From: Nageia nagi
Lineage: Eukaryota; Plantae; Pinophyta
Assembly (NCBI GenBank): GCA_050084985.1
Contig: JBITNC010000001.1
Coordinates: 96,906,001-96,970,000, forward strand
Length of the DNA: 64,000 bases
Direction of reading: 5' to 3'
A model generated the notes under the pieces. That model worked only from the letters and a program-made list of their open reading frames with translations, ran no database searches and was not told where the DNA came from. The translations under genes and the position numbers were made by a program. Below are positions 1-14,166 of this stretch, piece after piece (position 1 is the stretch's first letter; each line of letters begins with the position of its first letter).

Positions 1-357
1 GGATATCCTTAAACTCTTTTATATGCTGAAGCACTTGGGAACACACCCCAATAGCATAACCTTTGTATGTGTTCTACTTACATGCAGCCATGTAGGTCTA
101 GTGGATGAGGGATATAAATATTTTAATAAAATGAATGACTTTTATTGCATTATTCTTGGGATGAATCATTATATATGTAATGTTGACCTTCTTTTTTGTG
201 CATGATATCTTGAGGAATATTTGAACTTCATTATCAATATGCCTATAAAAACTGAGTCAAATATGTGGATGTGTTTATTTGTTACTTGTAAATCACATAA
301 GAATGTAATACTATGGTAATTTTTGGAAAATAAATCTTCCTTGTTGGATCCTAAACA
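1..357 (+). pseudogene. PLS-class PPR protein fragment (L2-S2-E region)
   Basis: Translates as PNSITFVCVLLTCSHVGLVDEGYKYF...HYICNVDLLFCA*YLEE..NFIINMPIK...MWMCL..TCKSHKN, the canonical end of a PLS PPR array; in-frame stops. Confidence 0.9.
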
Positions 358-639
358 CTTTAATAGAATGAGTGGTAGGATATGTAAATAATTTGGATCT
401 TTGTCTAAATATTTTTTTGGATATGTATATAAAGAGACTTCTTTTCTTATTTGAGTGGTTGTATTTGTGAATCTTTTATTTTAGGCATTGCAACATTAAG
501 TACTACATGAAAAATGTTGTTACCTTAATATTGTCAATAGTATTATTTAATAACTTATGGATAAGAGATTCTCATAACATTTAGTTAATATATGGGTGAA
601 AATAAGAGATTCTTATTACTATATACACATGTAAAACTA

Positions 640-2790
640 TGTATATAAAATATGTGGTTCCAAAGTTGCCACTACCTAAGAATTATTTCACAAGATGAAA
701 AATGGTTTTCAAAAAAAATCCCTAAGATATTATATAAAATATTTGGCAAGATGCAAAAACATTTTCATGGTTTCCAATGATTGAACAATACACACAAAAT
801 GATCTACAAACACAATTTGATGATCTATAATGATTACGCAACACACATAAAATAGATTTTTAGGAAAAAAAACTCTAATACTATCTTAAGGGACCTTTTA
901 ACTTCACTACTAAAATACTCATAAAGCCTAAATTTGGTGTGTGGAAGTGTCTATATGGTTCTTGTAATTTGCATTTTTGAGTTTTCAATGCCTTGATAAA
1001 CATGTATGCAAAATATGAAAAAAACATAAGTGTCAAGAATTGTTTCACAAGTTGCAAAATGGGTTTTAAAAAAATTAAAAAAACCCAAAGAGATGTAAGC
1101 AAAATGTGGAATGATACATTGGCTTGATAATTAATTTTACAAATGCATGATGGAAACATATTTTCATGATCTATAGTAATTACATGATATGCATAAAATC
1201 TTTTTTATAGAAAATCCATAAGACTATCAAGGGACCATTGAACTTCACTACCAAAATACTCATAAAAATTGAATTGGTATGTGGAAGTATCTATATGGTG
1301 CTTATAATTTAAATGTTTGGATTTTGAATGACCTAATAGACATGTATGTAAAATATGGAATAGTACACAAGTCTTAGAATTTTTTTTACAAGATGCATGA
1401 TGAAAGCATAGTTTCATGGTATTCAATGATTGCATGATATGCATAACATGATTTTTCAAAGAAAATCCTTAAGACTATTGAGGGACTATTGAAATTCACT
1501 TACAAAATACTCATAAAACTTAAATTGGATGTGTGGAGATGTCTACATTGTTCTTATATTTTGAATATTTGGGTTTTGAATACCTTAATAGACATGTATG
1601 CAAAATATGGAAGAGTGCATAAGGCCCAGTAATTATTTGAGAAGAAGCATGATGCAAACATAGTTTCATGGTCTATAATGAGCCCAACATACATACAAAA
1701 TGGGTATTGAAAAACAAAAACCTAATACATGTATTAACAATGTGGAATAATGTAACATGTACCTTTCCTTTCTACTATTGAGCCTCACTAGATCTTTCCA
1801 CTACCCTACCTCTCCTTACTCTCCTCCTCTCCTCTCCTCTCAAATATCATGATAATCCTAGGTCTATTCCCTCAAAAATGAAATAGCCCACATAAAGTTT
1901 CTATGTGGTTTTTTATTTTATTTTATATGGGTGAAAAAAACTCTAATACTATCTTAAGGGACCTTTTAACTTCACTACTAAAATACTCATAAAACCTAAA
2001 TTTGGTGTGTGGAAGTGTCTATATGGTTCTTGTAATTTGCATTTTTGAGTTTTCAATGCCTTGATAAACATGTATGCAAAATATGAAAAAACACATAAGT
2101 GTCGAGAATTGTTTCACAAGTTGCAAAATGGGTTTTAAAAAAATAAAAAAAAAACAAAGAGATGTAAGCAAAATGTGGAATGATACATTGGCTTGATAAT
2201 TAATTTACAAGATGCATGATGGAAACATATTTTCATGATCTATAGTAATTGCATGATATGCATAAAATGCTTTTTTATAGAAAATCCCTAAGACTATCAA
2301 GGGACCATTGAACTTCACTACCAAAATACTCATAAAAATTGAATTAGGTATGTGGAAGTATCTATATGGTGCTTATAATTTAAATGTTTGGATTTTGAAT
2401 GACCTAATAGACATGTATGTAAAATATGGAATAGTACACAAGTCTTAGAATTTTTTTTAATAAGATGCATGATGAAAACATAGTTTCATGGTATTCAATG
2501 ATTGCATGATATGCATAACATGATTTTTCAAAGAAAAGCCTTAATACTATTGAGGGACTATTGAAATTCACTTACAAAATACTCATAAAACTTAGATTGG
2601 ATGTGTGGAAATGTCTGCATTGTTCTTATATTTTGAATATTTGGGTTTTGAATACCTTAATAGACATGTATGCAAAATATGGAAGAGTGCATAAGGCCTA
2701 GTAATTATTTGAGAAGAAGCATGATGCAAACATAGTTTCATGGTCTATAATGAGCCCAACATACATACAAAATGGGTCTTGAAAAAAAAA
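640..2790 (+). pseudogene. Highly degenerate PPR motif array
   Basis: Repeated decayed NALIDMYAKYG and KMHDANIVSW codon strings (e.g. aagcatgatgcaaacatagtttcatgg near 1645 and 2717); many stops and frameshifts. Confidence 0.75.
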
Positions 2791-2960
2791 AAACCTAATA
2801 CATGTATTAACAATGTGGAATAATGTAACATGTACCTTTCCTTTCTACTATTGAGCCTCACTAGATGTTTCCTCTACCCTACCTCTCCTTACTCTCCTCC
2901 TCTCCTCTCCTCTCAAATATCATGATAATCCTAGGTCTATTCCCTCAAAAATAAATAGCC
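864..2960. repeat. Tandem duplication of a ~1.07-kb unit (864-~1890 and ~1934-2960)
   Basis: Near-identical text from gaaaaaaactctaatactatcttaagggacc to ctaggtctattccctcaaaaat..aatagcc in both copies. Confidence 0.95.
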
Positions 2961-3754
2961 ACTATTGAGTTCATGTCTGATTTTCTTATATTTTGAATTT
3001 GGGCTTTCTACCTTCACTCAGAATTATGCATGGAAATCCATAGCCTAAATTCCAGATGCAAATAATGTCTATAATAGCCCACATAAAGTCATTGTGGTTT
3101 TTTATTTTAATATGTATTAGAATGTGTAGTAAGATGAGAGTCAGTGACCTTAATTTCTACACTTACCATTCTATGTTTATTATACTTTATACTCCTCATT
3201 AATCCTCTCCTCCAATATCATGTATATAGCAACTAGTTAGTCCTTAAAGCCACTAAATTTCTATGCTGAATTTTTTTATCAATATGTCCTCAGCTTTGAT
3301 GTACTATGGAGGTTTAAATAAACCAAACTATAGATTGTACTTAAACCTACATTTCTTGCTTTTATTTTAACTATTCATGTACACTTTAGATGTTAGTCTT
3401 AGATTGGTTTAATACCAACTGTTATGACCATTAGAATAACCTACAATTAGTTAGATTGCATGTTTACTAGTACTAGTTACAATTTAAAAAAATGTCTTCA
3501 TTTTACCATTTTTGCTTAAGTGGAATATTACTAATATCCAAGGTTGCCCACAACTTATAGAATGTATTTAGAATTTGTTCCAAGATGTAATTATTGTTGG
3601 ATTGTGTTCCAAGTTCAATACATGTTCATTGGTGTTGTATAAATATATTTATTGGTCCTGATGAATGATTCTTTCCCATTTGAATTACAAAATAGTTTTT
3701 TTCATCTTTTTGGTTGTGTAATTCACTTATTTATTTGTTATAATTAACTTCATT

Positions 3755-3767
3755 TGGTATCAAAGCC
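3755..3767 (+). promoter_or_regulatory. Primer binding site, tRNA-iMet
   Basis: TGGTATCAAAGCC 2 nt after the LTR end; consensus TGGTATCAGAGC. Confidence 0.9.
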
Positions 3768-3809
3768 TTCATTGGATTAGATTGGGTTCAAGAAGTTGTA
3801 CAAGAAGAG

Positions 3810-4440
3810 AAGAGAAGACATCTCAAGTAATTCAAATGCAATTCCTATTCCAAAGTTTGATGGGAGTAACTTTGAGTACTAGAGTATCTAGATAAGGACT
3901 CTTTTGAAGGGAAGAGGCTACTAGGATATTGTAGAGGTTGAATACAATGATCCTACTAATTAGAGTATCTTATGTGTAGATGTAAAGAAGGATCCAAAGG
4001 ATAAAGAGAACCAAAACTCCATGGCTCTTTCCTTCATCCAAGTAGCTCTAAATAAGAGAATCTTTCCTAGAATCTTAGCTTATACCTCAGCCCAATAAGC
4101 ATGGGAAAGATTGATAGAGGATACCAAGGGAGCTTGAATATGAAGAGGTGAAACTCCAAATATTGATAATGGAGTTTGAAAATTTGAAGGAAGAAGATAA
4201 GGATACTATTGAATATTATTATGTAAGAGTGAAATCCATTGTACATAAAATGATAACTCTTGGAGAGAAGATAGAGAAGCAGGTTGTCATCAAGAAGGTT
4301 TTGCTAACCTTAATTAAGAAGTGTGCTATTGTTGCACTCATTATTGAAGGAATAAAAGGACCTCTCAATCATGGAGATTAACCATTTAATTGGATATCTT
4401 ACATACCATGAAGAGTGAGTTTTGAAGAGAACAAAAAAAT
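3810..4440 (+). pseudogene. gag: Copia gag remnant
   Basis: IPKFDGSNFEY*SI*IRTLL..., KLQILIMEFENLKE..DTIEYYYVRVKSIVHKMITLGEKIE..VVIKKVL (UBN2/Retrotran_gag_2-like). Confidence 0.85.
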
Positions 4441-4969
4441 GAGGAGATTAACCATTTTTTTATTCTCTTCAAAACTCTCTCTTCATGATACCATTTTTTT
4501 AGATTAACAATAATTAGGAGATTAAACATTTTTTTTTCTCTTCAAAACTCTCTCTTAATGATATTTAAGAGATCCAATTAAATGTTTAATCTCCATGGTT
4601 GAGAGGTCCTTGATTTCTTTAATAATAAGTGTAACAACATCATACTTCTTAATTAAGGTTATCAAAACCTTCTTGATGAAAACTTGCTTCTCTATATTCT
4701 CTCCAAGATTTGTGATTGCAAATTTCTCTTATCTTTACCTCTTTCTCCTCTTCTAAAGTATCTTCCCCTTGATGCATATGTTGGTTCATTTTTTGTACTT
4801 TGTTCTCTTCATCTTCCTCTTCCAAAATAGCCTCTTCTTCCACATCTTTTGGATCTTCCTCTTTCTTCTTGAGCCTCTACTTTATCCTCTTTCTTTTCTT
4901 TCATTGTCTTTGAAGGAAAAGAAATATTAACCATTTTTTTGTTCTCTTCAAAACTCTTTTTTTATGATT

Positions 4970-7190
4970 CACCTCTCCCTACATACCACAAAAAAATGGT
5001 ATAGTGGAAAGGAAAAATAAGACATTGGTTGAGATGGCTAGAAGCATGATGCAAAGCAAGAAACTATCCAATATTTATTAGGCTGAAGAAGTAAGAATAA
5101 TTATGTACATTTTGAATAGGTATCCTACAAGACAATTGGATAAAATTACCCCCTATGAATATTGGTTTGAAAGAAAACTAAATATGTAACACTTGAGAGT
5201 GTTTGGTTGTCTTGCACATGTGCATGTAAATGATGAAAAGGGGAGAAAGTTGGATACAAAATCTGAAGCTTATGTGTTTATAGGATATTGTGAGCATTCA
5301 AAAGCTTATAAATTCTATAATCCCAATACTCATAAGACAAATATTTCTACAGATGCCATTTTTTATTAAGGGGGAGATTATAGTAATAAAAAATTACAAC
5401 AAAAAAGTGTTTGTAGATGAGAATTTGGAGGAGAGAACACCATCAAAATTGCATCCTATCCATGTTGTGACTTTAAAAAATAAAGGATAACCATCAAGTG
5501 TGAGTCTTCCAAGCTCACCAAGAACCTCTAGATCCACCATAACACCAACAAGTGTGAGTGCACCAAGATCACCTAATGCAAGGATGATGAATCAAGGTAA
5601 CAAAGGCAAGATATGATTCAAGGATCACCCACCAAGTCAAATCATATATGGTACAACACCATGAAAAGAATTACAAGGATACAAACCCAAGAAATGCAAA
5701 ATCTAGACACAAAGCTAAAGAATATTTAGTTCTATGGAGATGAAGATAGTGGAGAGCCCAAGGGAGAAATGGGAAACTAGACACTTTACTCCTCTATTTC
5801 AAATTTTGTTTCAAATGCAACTATTTTTGATCCATATTATTATAAAGAATCTTTTTCTAATGTTATTTAGATTCAAGCTATATGAAAGAGGAGATTGATG
5901 CTATTGAGAGGAATGATTCTTTGGAACTTTGTGAGTTGCCTAAAGGTGAAAAGGTTATTGGTTCCAAGTGGGTGTATAAAATAAAATGCAAGAGTGATGG
6001 AAGCATTGAAAGGTACAAATAAAGGATAGTGGTAAAAGGATTCACAAAAAAATATGGTGTGGATTTTGAGGAGACATTTTCACCTTTTGCAAGATAAGAA
6101 ATGAAAAGATTATTTCTCTCTTTGACTACAAGCAAAAATTAGGCATTCCAACACATGGATGTAAAGAGTGCCTTTCTCAATGGGTACATATATTAAGAGT
6201 TGTATGTAGTACAACCTAAAGTATTTGAGGTTCAAGAAAGATAATACCAAGTGTACAAACTCAATAAGGCATTGTATGGGCCGAATCAAGCTCCAAGAGC
6301 TTGGTACACAAGAATTGATCGATACTTCAAAAATGTGGACTTTAAAAGAATAAGTGAGCCTACTTTGTATTTTAAGAAATATGGATCTAATATTTTGATT
6401 ATTTGTTTGCATGTAGATGATTTGATATTCATGGGAAGTAATAGTAAGATAAATTAATATTTCAAAACTTAAATGATGGTTGAGTTTGAAATGAAAGATC
6501 TTGGTTTGATGAGCTACTTACTTGGCTTTGAGATGCATCAAACAGAAGAAGAGATTTTTGTGTCCTAATCCAAATATGCACATGATATGTTGAAGAATTT
6601 TAAAATGGAGAATTATAAACCTATTGCAACACCTATATCCCATGGATAACATATTTATAAACAATATGGAGCACCAAAAGTGAACAAGAAAGAGTATAGG
6701 AGTATTTTTGGAAGTCTCATATTTCTAAGAGCATAAGTTATAGTGATTAGGTTAGCAATTTGGATTATAGAAATAGCACAAGTGGGAATTGCTTCTCTCT
6801 TGGATCAATTTTGATATCATGGAGCTCAAGAAACTAATCCATTGTAGCTCTTTCAAGCACTAAGGTTGAGTATGTAGTTATGATAGGTGCTTCAACACAA
6901 GATTTATGGTTGAGAAAAGTGTTGAAGGAGATTTAAGAGGAGAAAAAATATGTAACTACCATTTTTTGTGACAACCAAGGTGCCATTAAGTTGGCAAAAA
7001 ACCTTATCCATCATTCCAAAATGAAACATTTTTTTTGAAGACACATTTCATTCAAGAAATTTGGTGGAGAAGGGGATAGTAAAATGAGGTATTATCCAAC
7101 ATAAGATCAAGTGGCCAATATATTGACTAAATATATGGAAAAATATCAATTTATTCTACTAATATATTTAATGTTTGGTCCTCTTATCAG
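4970..7190 (+). pseudogene. pol: Copia pol remnant (integrase C-terminal part, RT, RNase H)
   Basis: PYIPQKNGIVERKNKTLVEMARSM; LRVFGC; KVIGSKWVYKIK; HMDVKSAFLNG; LNKALYG..QAPRAWY; LHVDDL; FCDNQGAIKLAKN; DQVANILTK. Confidence 0.9.
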
Positions 7191-7694
7191 CAAGGGGGAG
7201 TATGAAGAGTTTCAATATGGAACCAAACCTTAATTGTACTTAAAAACCCATTTCTATGCTTACTATTTTAACTTTCATGTATAGATTATGAGCTAATATA
7301 TTATAGACTGACTGTGTAACCGACCAATCGGTTAAACCATCAAAACTAGACTATTGATTGGTTAACTGACCTATCAGCTAGTACTATGTAGTGCATTTTA
7401 AAAAAAAAAAGTTATTTTTTTCTTCATTTTTTCCTCATGTTTTTCTTGTAGTGGAATATGAACTAAACATTCAAGTTCTCCCATGGCATGTAGAATATAT
7501 CTAGAGTTTATTCCAAGATGTAATTATTGTTGGAGGGTGCTCTAAAATTCCAATACATATTCATTGGTGTTGTATGAAATTCTAAGTTATTTGTGTCCAT
7601 TGATGAATGCATTCTTGCCCATTTGAATTGTAGAATAGTTTTACCATCTACTTTGTTATGTAATTCAATTATTTTTGTATTCTAATTAACTTCA

Positions 7695-9116
7695 CTAAGA
7701 AGTATTGAAGTAAAGGTTCAAGTAATTATAAGGTTCATTACTCAATTAGTCAATAGGATCACACCTTTTTCTCACTTCTTAAAAAAGGATGTAAATTTTA
7801 TTTGGGTTAAGAACTATTAAAAGGCCTTTAGAGACATAAATATAAATATATCTAATGCTCCTATTGTAGCTCCTCTTAATGAGAAGAATCCTCTTTTATT
7901 AAATGTATCAACTACATTGATACTATTTTTAGGGATAATGCTTACCCAAAAAAATCAAGAGAATATAGTAAGAATCATCTATTATATCAACAAGACTTTG
8001 ATAGAATATCATAAATAGTACACTCCCTTAGAGAAATTATATTTTTTTCATAGTGTTTACCATTGAAGAGTTGAGGTACTATATATATGTTGAACAACAT
8101 AACTTGTATTATTTCTTAGGAATATCATCTTAGGTACATGATAATAAAGCCTTATCTTTTAGGAAGATATGCAAAGTGGATAAATTATAATGTTGTTGTC
8201 AAAGTTTGGTCTTGTCCTTATGTTGTAAAATGCAATCAAATGATAGAGTATAATAGGTTTCATGTAACACCATTCCATGGATGATTCTACTTAGTTGAAT
8301 TAAGAGTTCCATGAAGATATTGGGGTAAAGAAAATTATTCATAGGGAATTGATGCAGTAATTATATGTTGATACAATGAACCTTAAGAAGAATATCCTAA
8401 GGCATTTGTAATATTGTTGGAGGATGATGAATGGAATTTTAATAACAATGTAGAAGAAAGAATTTCTCTTATAAATTCTCATGGTAATTTGATTCCTACA
8501 TTTTATAGATAGAGTTTTGATTACATTAGTAATATGGATGAGTATGAAGATCTAATTTTAGGATTGAAAGCTAGAATAATCCTAAAGGTAAAAAGGATTA
8601 AGGTGTTAGGATATTTCTAATTAGTTTTTAAGGAAGTTAATGAGCTTTATGAGACTACAAATTTATGATACTAAGGATGAGAAGCTACAACCACATAAGA
8701 ATATAGTTTTATATATTCTTATGTATTTTTATAAGTATGAGATTTAACATATGCTAAAGGAAAATAATAGATATGTGGATGTAATGGCAAGTGTAGCTTC
8801 ATAGGTTCCAATTCATATTGAATATGAAAAAACCATCATGCCATTAAAAATTTGAGTAAGTCTTATTTTATTATTGAATTTTTTGATTTATAATAAGTAT
8901 TTTATTGCTATATAAATTTTTATATATCAAGTGTATTTAGATATTTTTACATATTTGGAAGATGGTGAAGTTCCAAGTGATTATGATGGTAAAGCTAGGA
9001 TAAGGCTTTATAAGATAGATTTGAGGTATGTGATAATTGGATATTTTCTTTATAAAAGATATTTTGATGGTATTCTTGTTAGATATATTCAAATTCATGA
9101 TATAAATGTATGCTTG
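7695..9116 (+). pseudogene. pol: Ty3/gypsy Tat/Ogre-type pol remnant: RT C-terminus, RNase H, additional RNase H (aRH)
   Basis: RFITQLVNRITPFSHFLKKDVNFIW; SNMDEYEDLILGLK (NNxAEYEAL aRH motif); ENNRYVDVMASVAS; LYKRYFDGILVR. Confidence 0.8.
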
Positions 9117-12100
9117 TGTTAGGTTTCATCAATTTCATATAAGATTGAGCATAGTAAATCCTCCTACTCCTTGGTAAAAGAAGCATAAAATACTACATAT
9201 AAAATAGTAAGAAATAATCACACAAAATAAGAGAAAAGAGAGTTGACATGATTCACCCAATTTGGGCTACTCCACGGAGAAGCTTTTCATCCTTTTCATT
9301 ATCAATTTTCCAAGTTATCCAAGCAATAAATTAAAGACATAATCTTGTCACAACCTTCACTTTGGAGTACAATAGCACCTCACTACATATCTCTCTCAAA
9401 CTCTCAACTTGAACATCAAAACAAACACTACAATAATTTTTAAAATAGTCATACAATAGATCTCAATCCAAACATGTGTATTTATAGATGGAAACCAACC
9501 CAACTTAAACCCAATTTGAGTCAAAATATCATAGAGTAACTCCCCATGCCTTGTTCTAATGTTACTCAATCGATCACCATTTAAAACCCCTAAATTTAAA
9601 ACCATTTTTTTTTGTCATTCTACTTAATTCACTAGATTTACTATTTAGGTACATATATCCCACATGGTTTACATATTGATACCTTATCGACTTTATTTAG
9701 TTATCATCCTTTCTTTATAATTATGAGGATATGTTCAACAGGTATTTATCTTACAAGCAAATACAACTAATGATCGTGCCCTAGTTTTATTTGGAGTTAT
9801 TTACTGTGTCCTTGAGCTTGAGAGGGTGTATTTTTTATGTCATAAAGGTTTACTAGTTTAAGTGCAAATCAATGTTCGAGAAGTCTTACGATTTAGATCC
9901 TATTTCTCGTAGTATCCCCAAACTATCCATATCTTATTAATTCCATTGGGTCCCTAATTACCTTATTAAAAACTCCCAAATTTTTCTAAAGGGTCCCTAA
10001 TGGTCTCATTTATTCCCATTAGGTCCCATTCATATCCATTTTGATCCCAATGATCCCTAAAGTTTCCCGAGTGATCCCAATTTGTCATTTGGGACCTTAA
10101 CTCTAATTTAGGATTGTTTCTAAATTGTTAGGATAGTTTTGGGTTTATTGGTATTAATGACCTAATCAATCTACTTCTTGGTAAAATTTATTTGCTTAAT
10201 CAATTTGTAATACCCACTAACCATTTTCATATAATCATTACTAATTATAGCATTTATCACAATGTCATTTGCAATAAAAAGGAAACTCATTAAATCATAA
10301 TGCTAATAATTTTCATAATAAAATCAATTCATAAAGGTACAAACTCATCTACCTTTCATTTATCGAGCCATAAATATAAAACAACCTTTATATATATATA
10401 AGAATATTAATCAATTACAAGAGGTTCAAATATATTTAATGTTTATTTATAAGTCCTACATTATACAAACACGTTATGTAAGATCATGGATCACCATTGT
10501 ATTGCAAAATCCTACATGAATATAACATGATAGAAGATAATATCTTCTTTACTTTCTATTATATGTAACTTTATTACAAATTCATGATACATCATAAACA
10601 CAATAATTTTAATGCTTCATTTGTATAAATATTCATGCAATAAGCCCCATGTTAAAGAGGAGACTTCATAAATTCTCATACTATCCTTCTTTGCTAACTT
10701 TCCAAAGTACGAAGAATGAGTGATCGCATGTACTAAGAAGGTCTTACGAGGATCAAGACAACTTATCATTCCTTGGGCCTCAATGTATACGTACAAGCTA
10801 ATTTAACACATTATCTATTAAAATCTATCTTATTTGTAGTCTCAAGAGGTTTTACGCTATTTAAGAAGTTACCTCTCTTCCTTGACCTTAGAGTGGACCT
10901 TAACAAACATAGTCAAAACCTTTTTGTAAAATCCATCTTTTTTTAATTTCTATAATTATAATAATTTTAAAATTTGATACTCAACATATATTTATGAAAA
11001 TGTGATCCCCTATCTTGATAAAATTTTATAAGTTTTATCAAACCTTACAACAAAATATTTATACTTTTCATGTGGTAGTCCCTTTAAACTACCACTAATC
11101 CAAATCAAATACTATATCGATCATTTATATAAAAAAATAAAATCTTTCGAAATGGTTTATTCAAAATAAATCAAAGATTTGTTCTATATTACGTAGTTTC
11201 ATGGTTTTATATTTGGTTAAATTACCATATAACCTACGAAATATAAACCAAAAAGATGTTGGACTTATCTCGTTAGTTTCTCAAGTAGACGTTGTAGCTA
11301 GTATTATGACGGACAGTTCAAAAAGAAAACTAAACTTTTCATCCTTTAATTATATTCTCTTAGCAGGCGCCACGATGGGATTTCTAGAAGTATTGCTATG
11401 ATGGGAGCTCAGGAAAATACGGGTGACTCTCTCTATTCATGCCACTATTCTCTCAGCCCACCATAATAATAGGAACTTTAGATGATGAATTATTGAAAAG
11501 TAATAAGCCAAAATCTGTGTTGTTTTCCCTCAGGCGCTACAATGGGATTTCTCGAAAAAGAGGTGTATATGGAATAATTTGTTGAGAAACATCCCCTCAT
11601 CCTCTGTTATCATTCTTAGAAGAATAGTACAGTATTGGACTCTGCGTCTTTTGCCAACGTATCTCCAAAAATATTACGATGAGGACCCTAGGAATAGAGA
11701 ACGAGTAGTCTATAAAGCTAATGTATTGATTGTAAAGCCATGATTTCCGCTAGCAAGTGCCACGATGGAGCTCTAAAATTCGAACAAGCTATCCCTATGA
11801 TTTTTGTCATCCTTACACGGTCTACCTGGGAGAAGTATAAACAAAAAATTAAAATTTGTAAATAGTTTTGGTCAAGAATCTTATTGCATGTAGTTCTTCA
11901 GATATTACTCCTGACCGCAGAGTCTTGGATGCATTTGAATACTCTATGAGAAATATTTTATGGAATGTATTATTAGACGCCATCCCATGGACCGTAAATA
12001 ATACTACGATCTGCGCTAGACATTTTGCGTAATTTCAAAAAATATTTGTATAATCCAAATGAAGAGATTCGAGGGGGTCTCTGACTTCGATGTCGAAAGG

Positions 12101-14166
12101 AGAAATGTCCAGTCTAGACAGAACTACATAACGAGCGTAGGTTTTTGCACAGGTTGTAAACTTTATCCAAATATTTGATGAAGAGCCCCATAAATTCCTA
12201 AATGATCTAAAATTTCATAATTGGATAAATAACTTTTGTCAATCCTTTGTCCGCAGTCCTTCAAATGTGTCAAGCTTTAAAATATAGTAAGGGGTGTGAA
12301 CAACTAACAGTAATGAATTTAATTTTCAAATCCATTAGTGTACCCGTGTCAAAGATTATTAATTACTCTTAGAACTCATTTCTTTTAACATCTAAGTAGT
12401 TTTTCTGCGAGTTTTGGTGATTTGACTAGTTATTTTCTCTTTTTTTTATATAATAAATTAAATAATTACTAGTCATGATTTTTCATACTATTTAATTAAA
12501 GAAAGTTATAATAATAATCTTGCTTTTTTTTTTCATTTTACAATTAGACAAGAGTACAATGTTTCACATGTAAGACTAACAAGAGCTTTTAAAGGTATCT
12601 TTTCAAAGTATTTGAATAGTAATATTGTCATAAATATTTAATGAATTATGCTTTCTTCAAGCAATTATAATAAATGCAAATCCGTCACAAAGTATCTAAG
12701 CAATTGTTAAAAACTTCACATGTAAGAATAGAAAATAATTCCAAAGAAGTCTCTTCCCAAAGTACTTTAATAGTAAACCATTAAATGAACCTATCTTTCT
12801 TCAATCCAATGATAAAAATGTATCCCAACTTGTTTAAGCATTGGTACAAAACTTCATATGTAAGAGTACCAAATAATTACAAAGAAACTTATTTCTCACA
12901 ACACTTTACTAAAATTATTGCCATGAATCTTCTCTCTTCAACTATAAATCTAATATACACACAACGTAACCAAACATTTTGACTAAAGATCTAAAATAGA
13001 AAAGAGAAAGTATCCAAAATTAAGAGGAGGGGATCCTTTTCTCCATAGGATTTTAAACCAGATTTCTTGGAAAGAATGCGAGAGAATGCTTATTCCTTAA
13101 AATTCCTCACTATTTATAGGCTAAATGGGGCTAATCCTTCCATGAAAAGAACTATTGTTCCATCTGTTCACATTTACACGTAAGGTGGAGATGTTGAAAT
13201 TTTTGTAAAGATTTTGGGACACCTACAAAACTTTATTTCAAATCATTTACACCTACCATCAAATAATAAATTATGTGGGGATGAGAACTCAATTATTTTT
13301 GAGGTGTCAAAGTAACTTAATTATGAAGAAAAGATAAGTGATCTTTCTTATCCCTAAGTTTAATTTTATTAATTGTTACCAATATTCTTGGTTAAAATTT
13401 GAATTTTAATTAGTGGAATATTCCTTTTAGTTACTCAATAAACTTTTTTTTTAATGCATATCAATCTTTTAACACACATTTATTACCTGTAGTGATCCTT
13501 TCAACCTAAAAGATAATGCTTTTTAATGTACATTCACACCCGCACATAGAGGTATTATCGAAAATATAGTTTTAATGTGCAACTATATGATTTATGAGAG
13601 GTCCTTATGAGTCTATCAATAATTTAATGCCAATCATTTCTTCGCTCTTACTAATCTATTCTCTTAACCACTCATCCTGATTCCCTGGGATCTCCATCAT
13701 AATTTTTTTACTAAATTGATTTGTTACTTGCATTGCACAAAATCAAGAAGCTAGCATCAAATCAATACAAATAATACATATTTTCACTTAAAATTCATCT
13801 TCACATAGCAATGGTTCAAACATGGTTTCATTTACATCCTCGATAATACTCAAGGTCAAATAGTGCCATTGGGTGGGTCGTTAAACAAGTGTAACCTCCA
13901 ACTAAGCTTTAATCATTGGATTGAAGCTAATTTTGACTTCATAAATTAGAATTTAATGCTCTCTTTTTCACAACCATTATATTGCATATCAGTTATCGAT
14001 ATCTAACTGGATGGGATAGGATCAACTACTAAGTAATGCCTCCACCACCACCTAATGCTTGACCGGTACACTAACTCCAAGTTACCCAACCACTGATTCA
14101 TATATTAGTTATGATCAAAAATGAGAAATGCAATTAATTGACCCTATTCATGCTCTAGACTCAACA
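9117..14166. mobile_element. Solo LTR (~720 bp once the nested insert is removed) inserted in the Tat pol
   Basis: TGTTAG...TCAACA termini; flanks GCTTG (9112-9116) and CCTTG (14167-14171), a 4/5 TSD; gypsy pol resumes after it. Confidence 0.65.
9555..13885. mobile_element. Large (~4.3 kb) solo LTR nested in the previous LTR; same family as 20267-24115
   Basis: Start tctaatgttactc and end gggtgggtcgttaaa match the termini of 20267-24115; shared blocks 9650-10400 and 13470-13885; flanks CTTGT/CAAGT. Confidence 0.7.

Larger units (their letters stand above)
3305..7694 (+). mobile_element. Degenerate Ty1/copia LTR retrotransposon, internally rearranged
   Basis: Related LTRs 3305-3752 and 7201-7694, both ending aattaacttca; PBS tggtatcaaagcc 3755-3767; PPT aagggggag 7192-7200; order gag-IN-RT-RH; no TSD. 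Confidence 0.9.
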
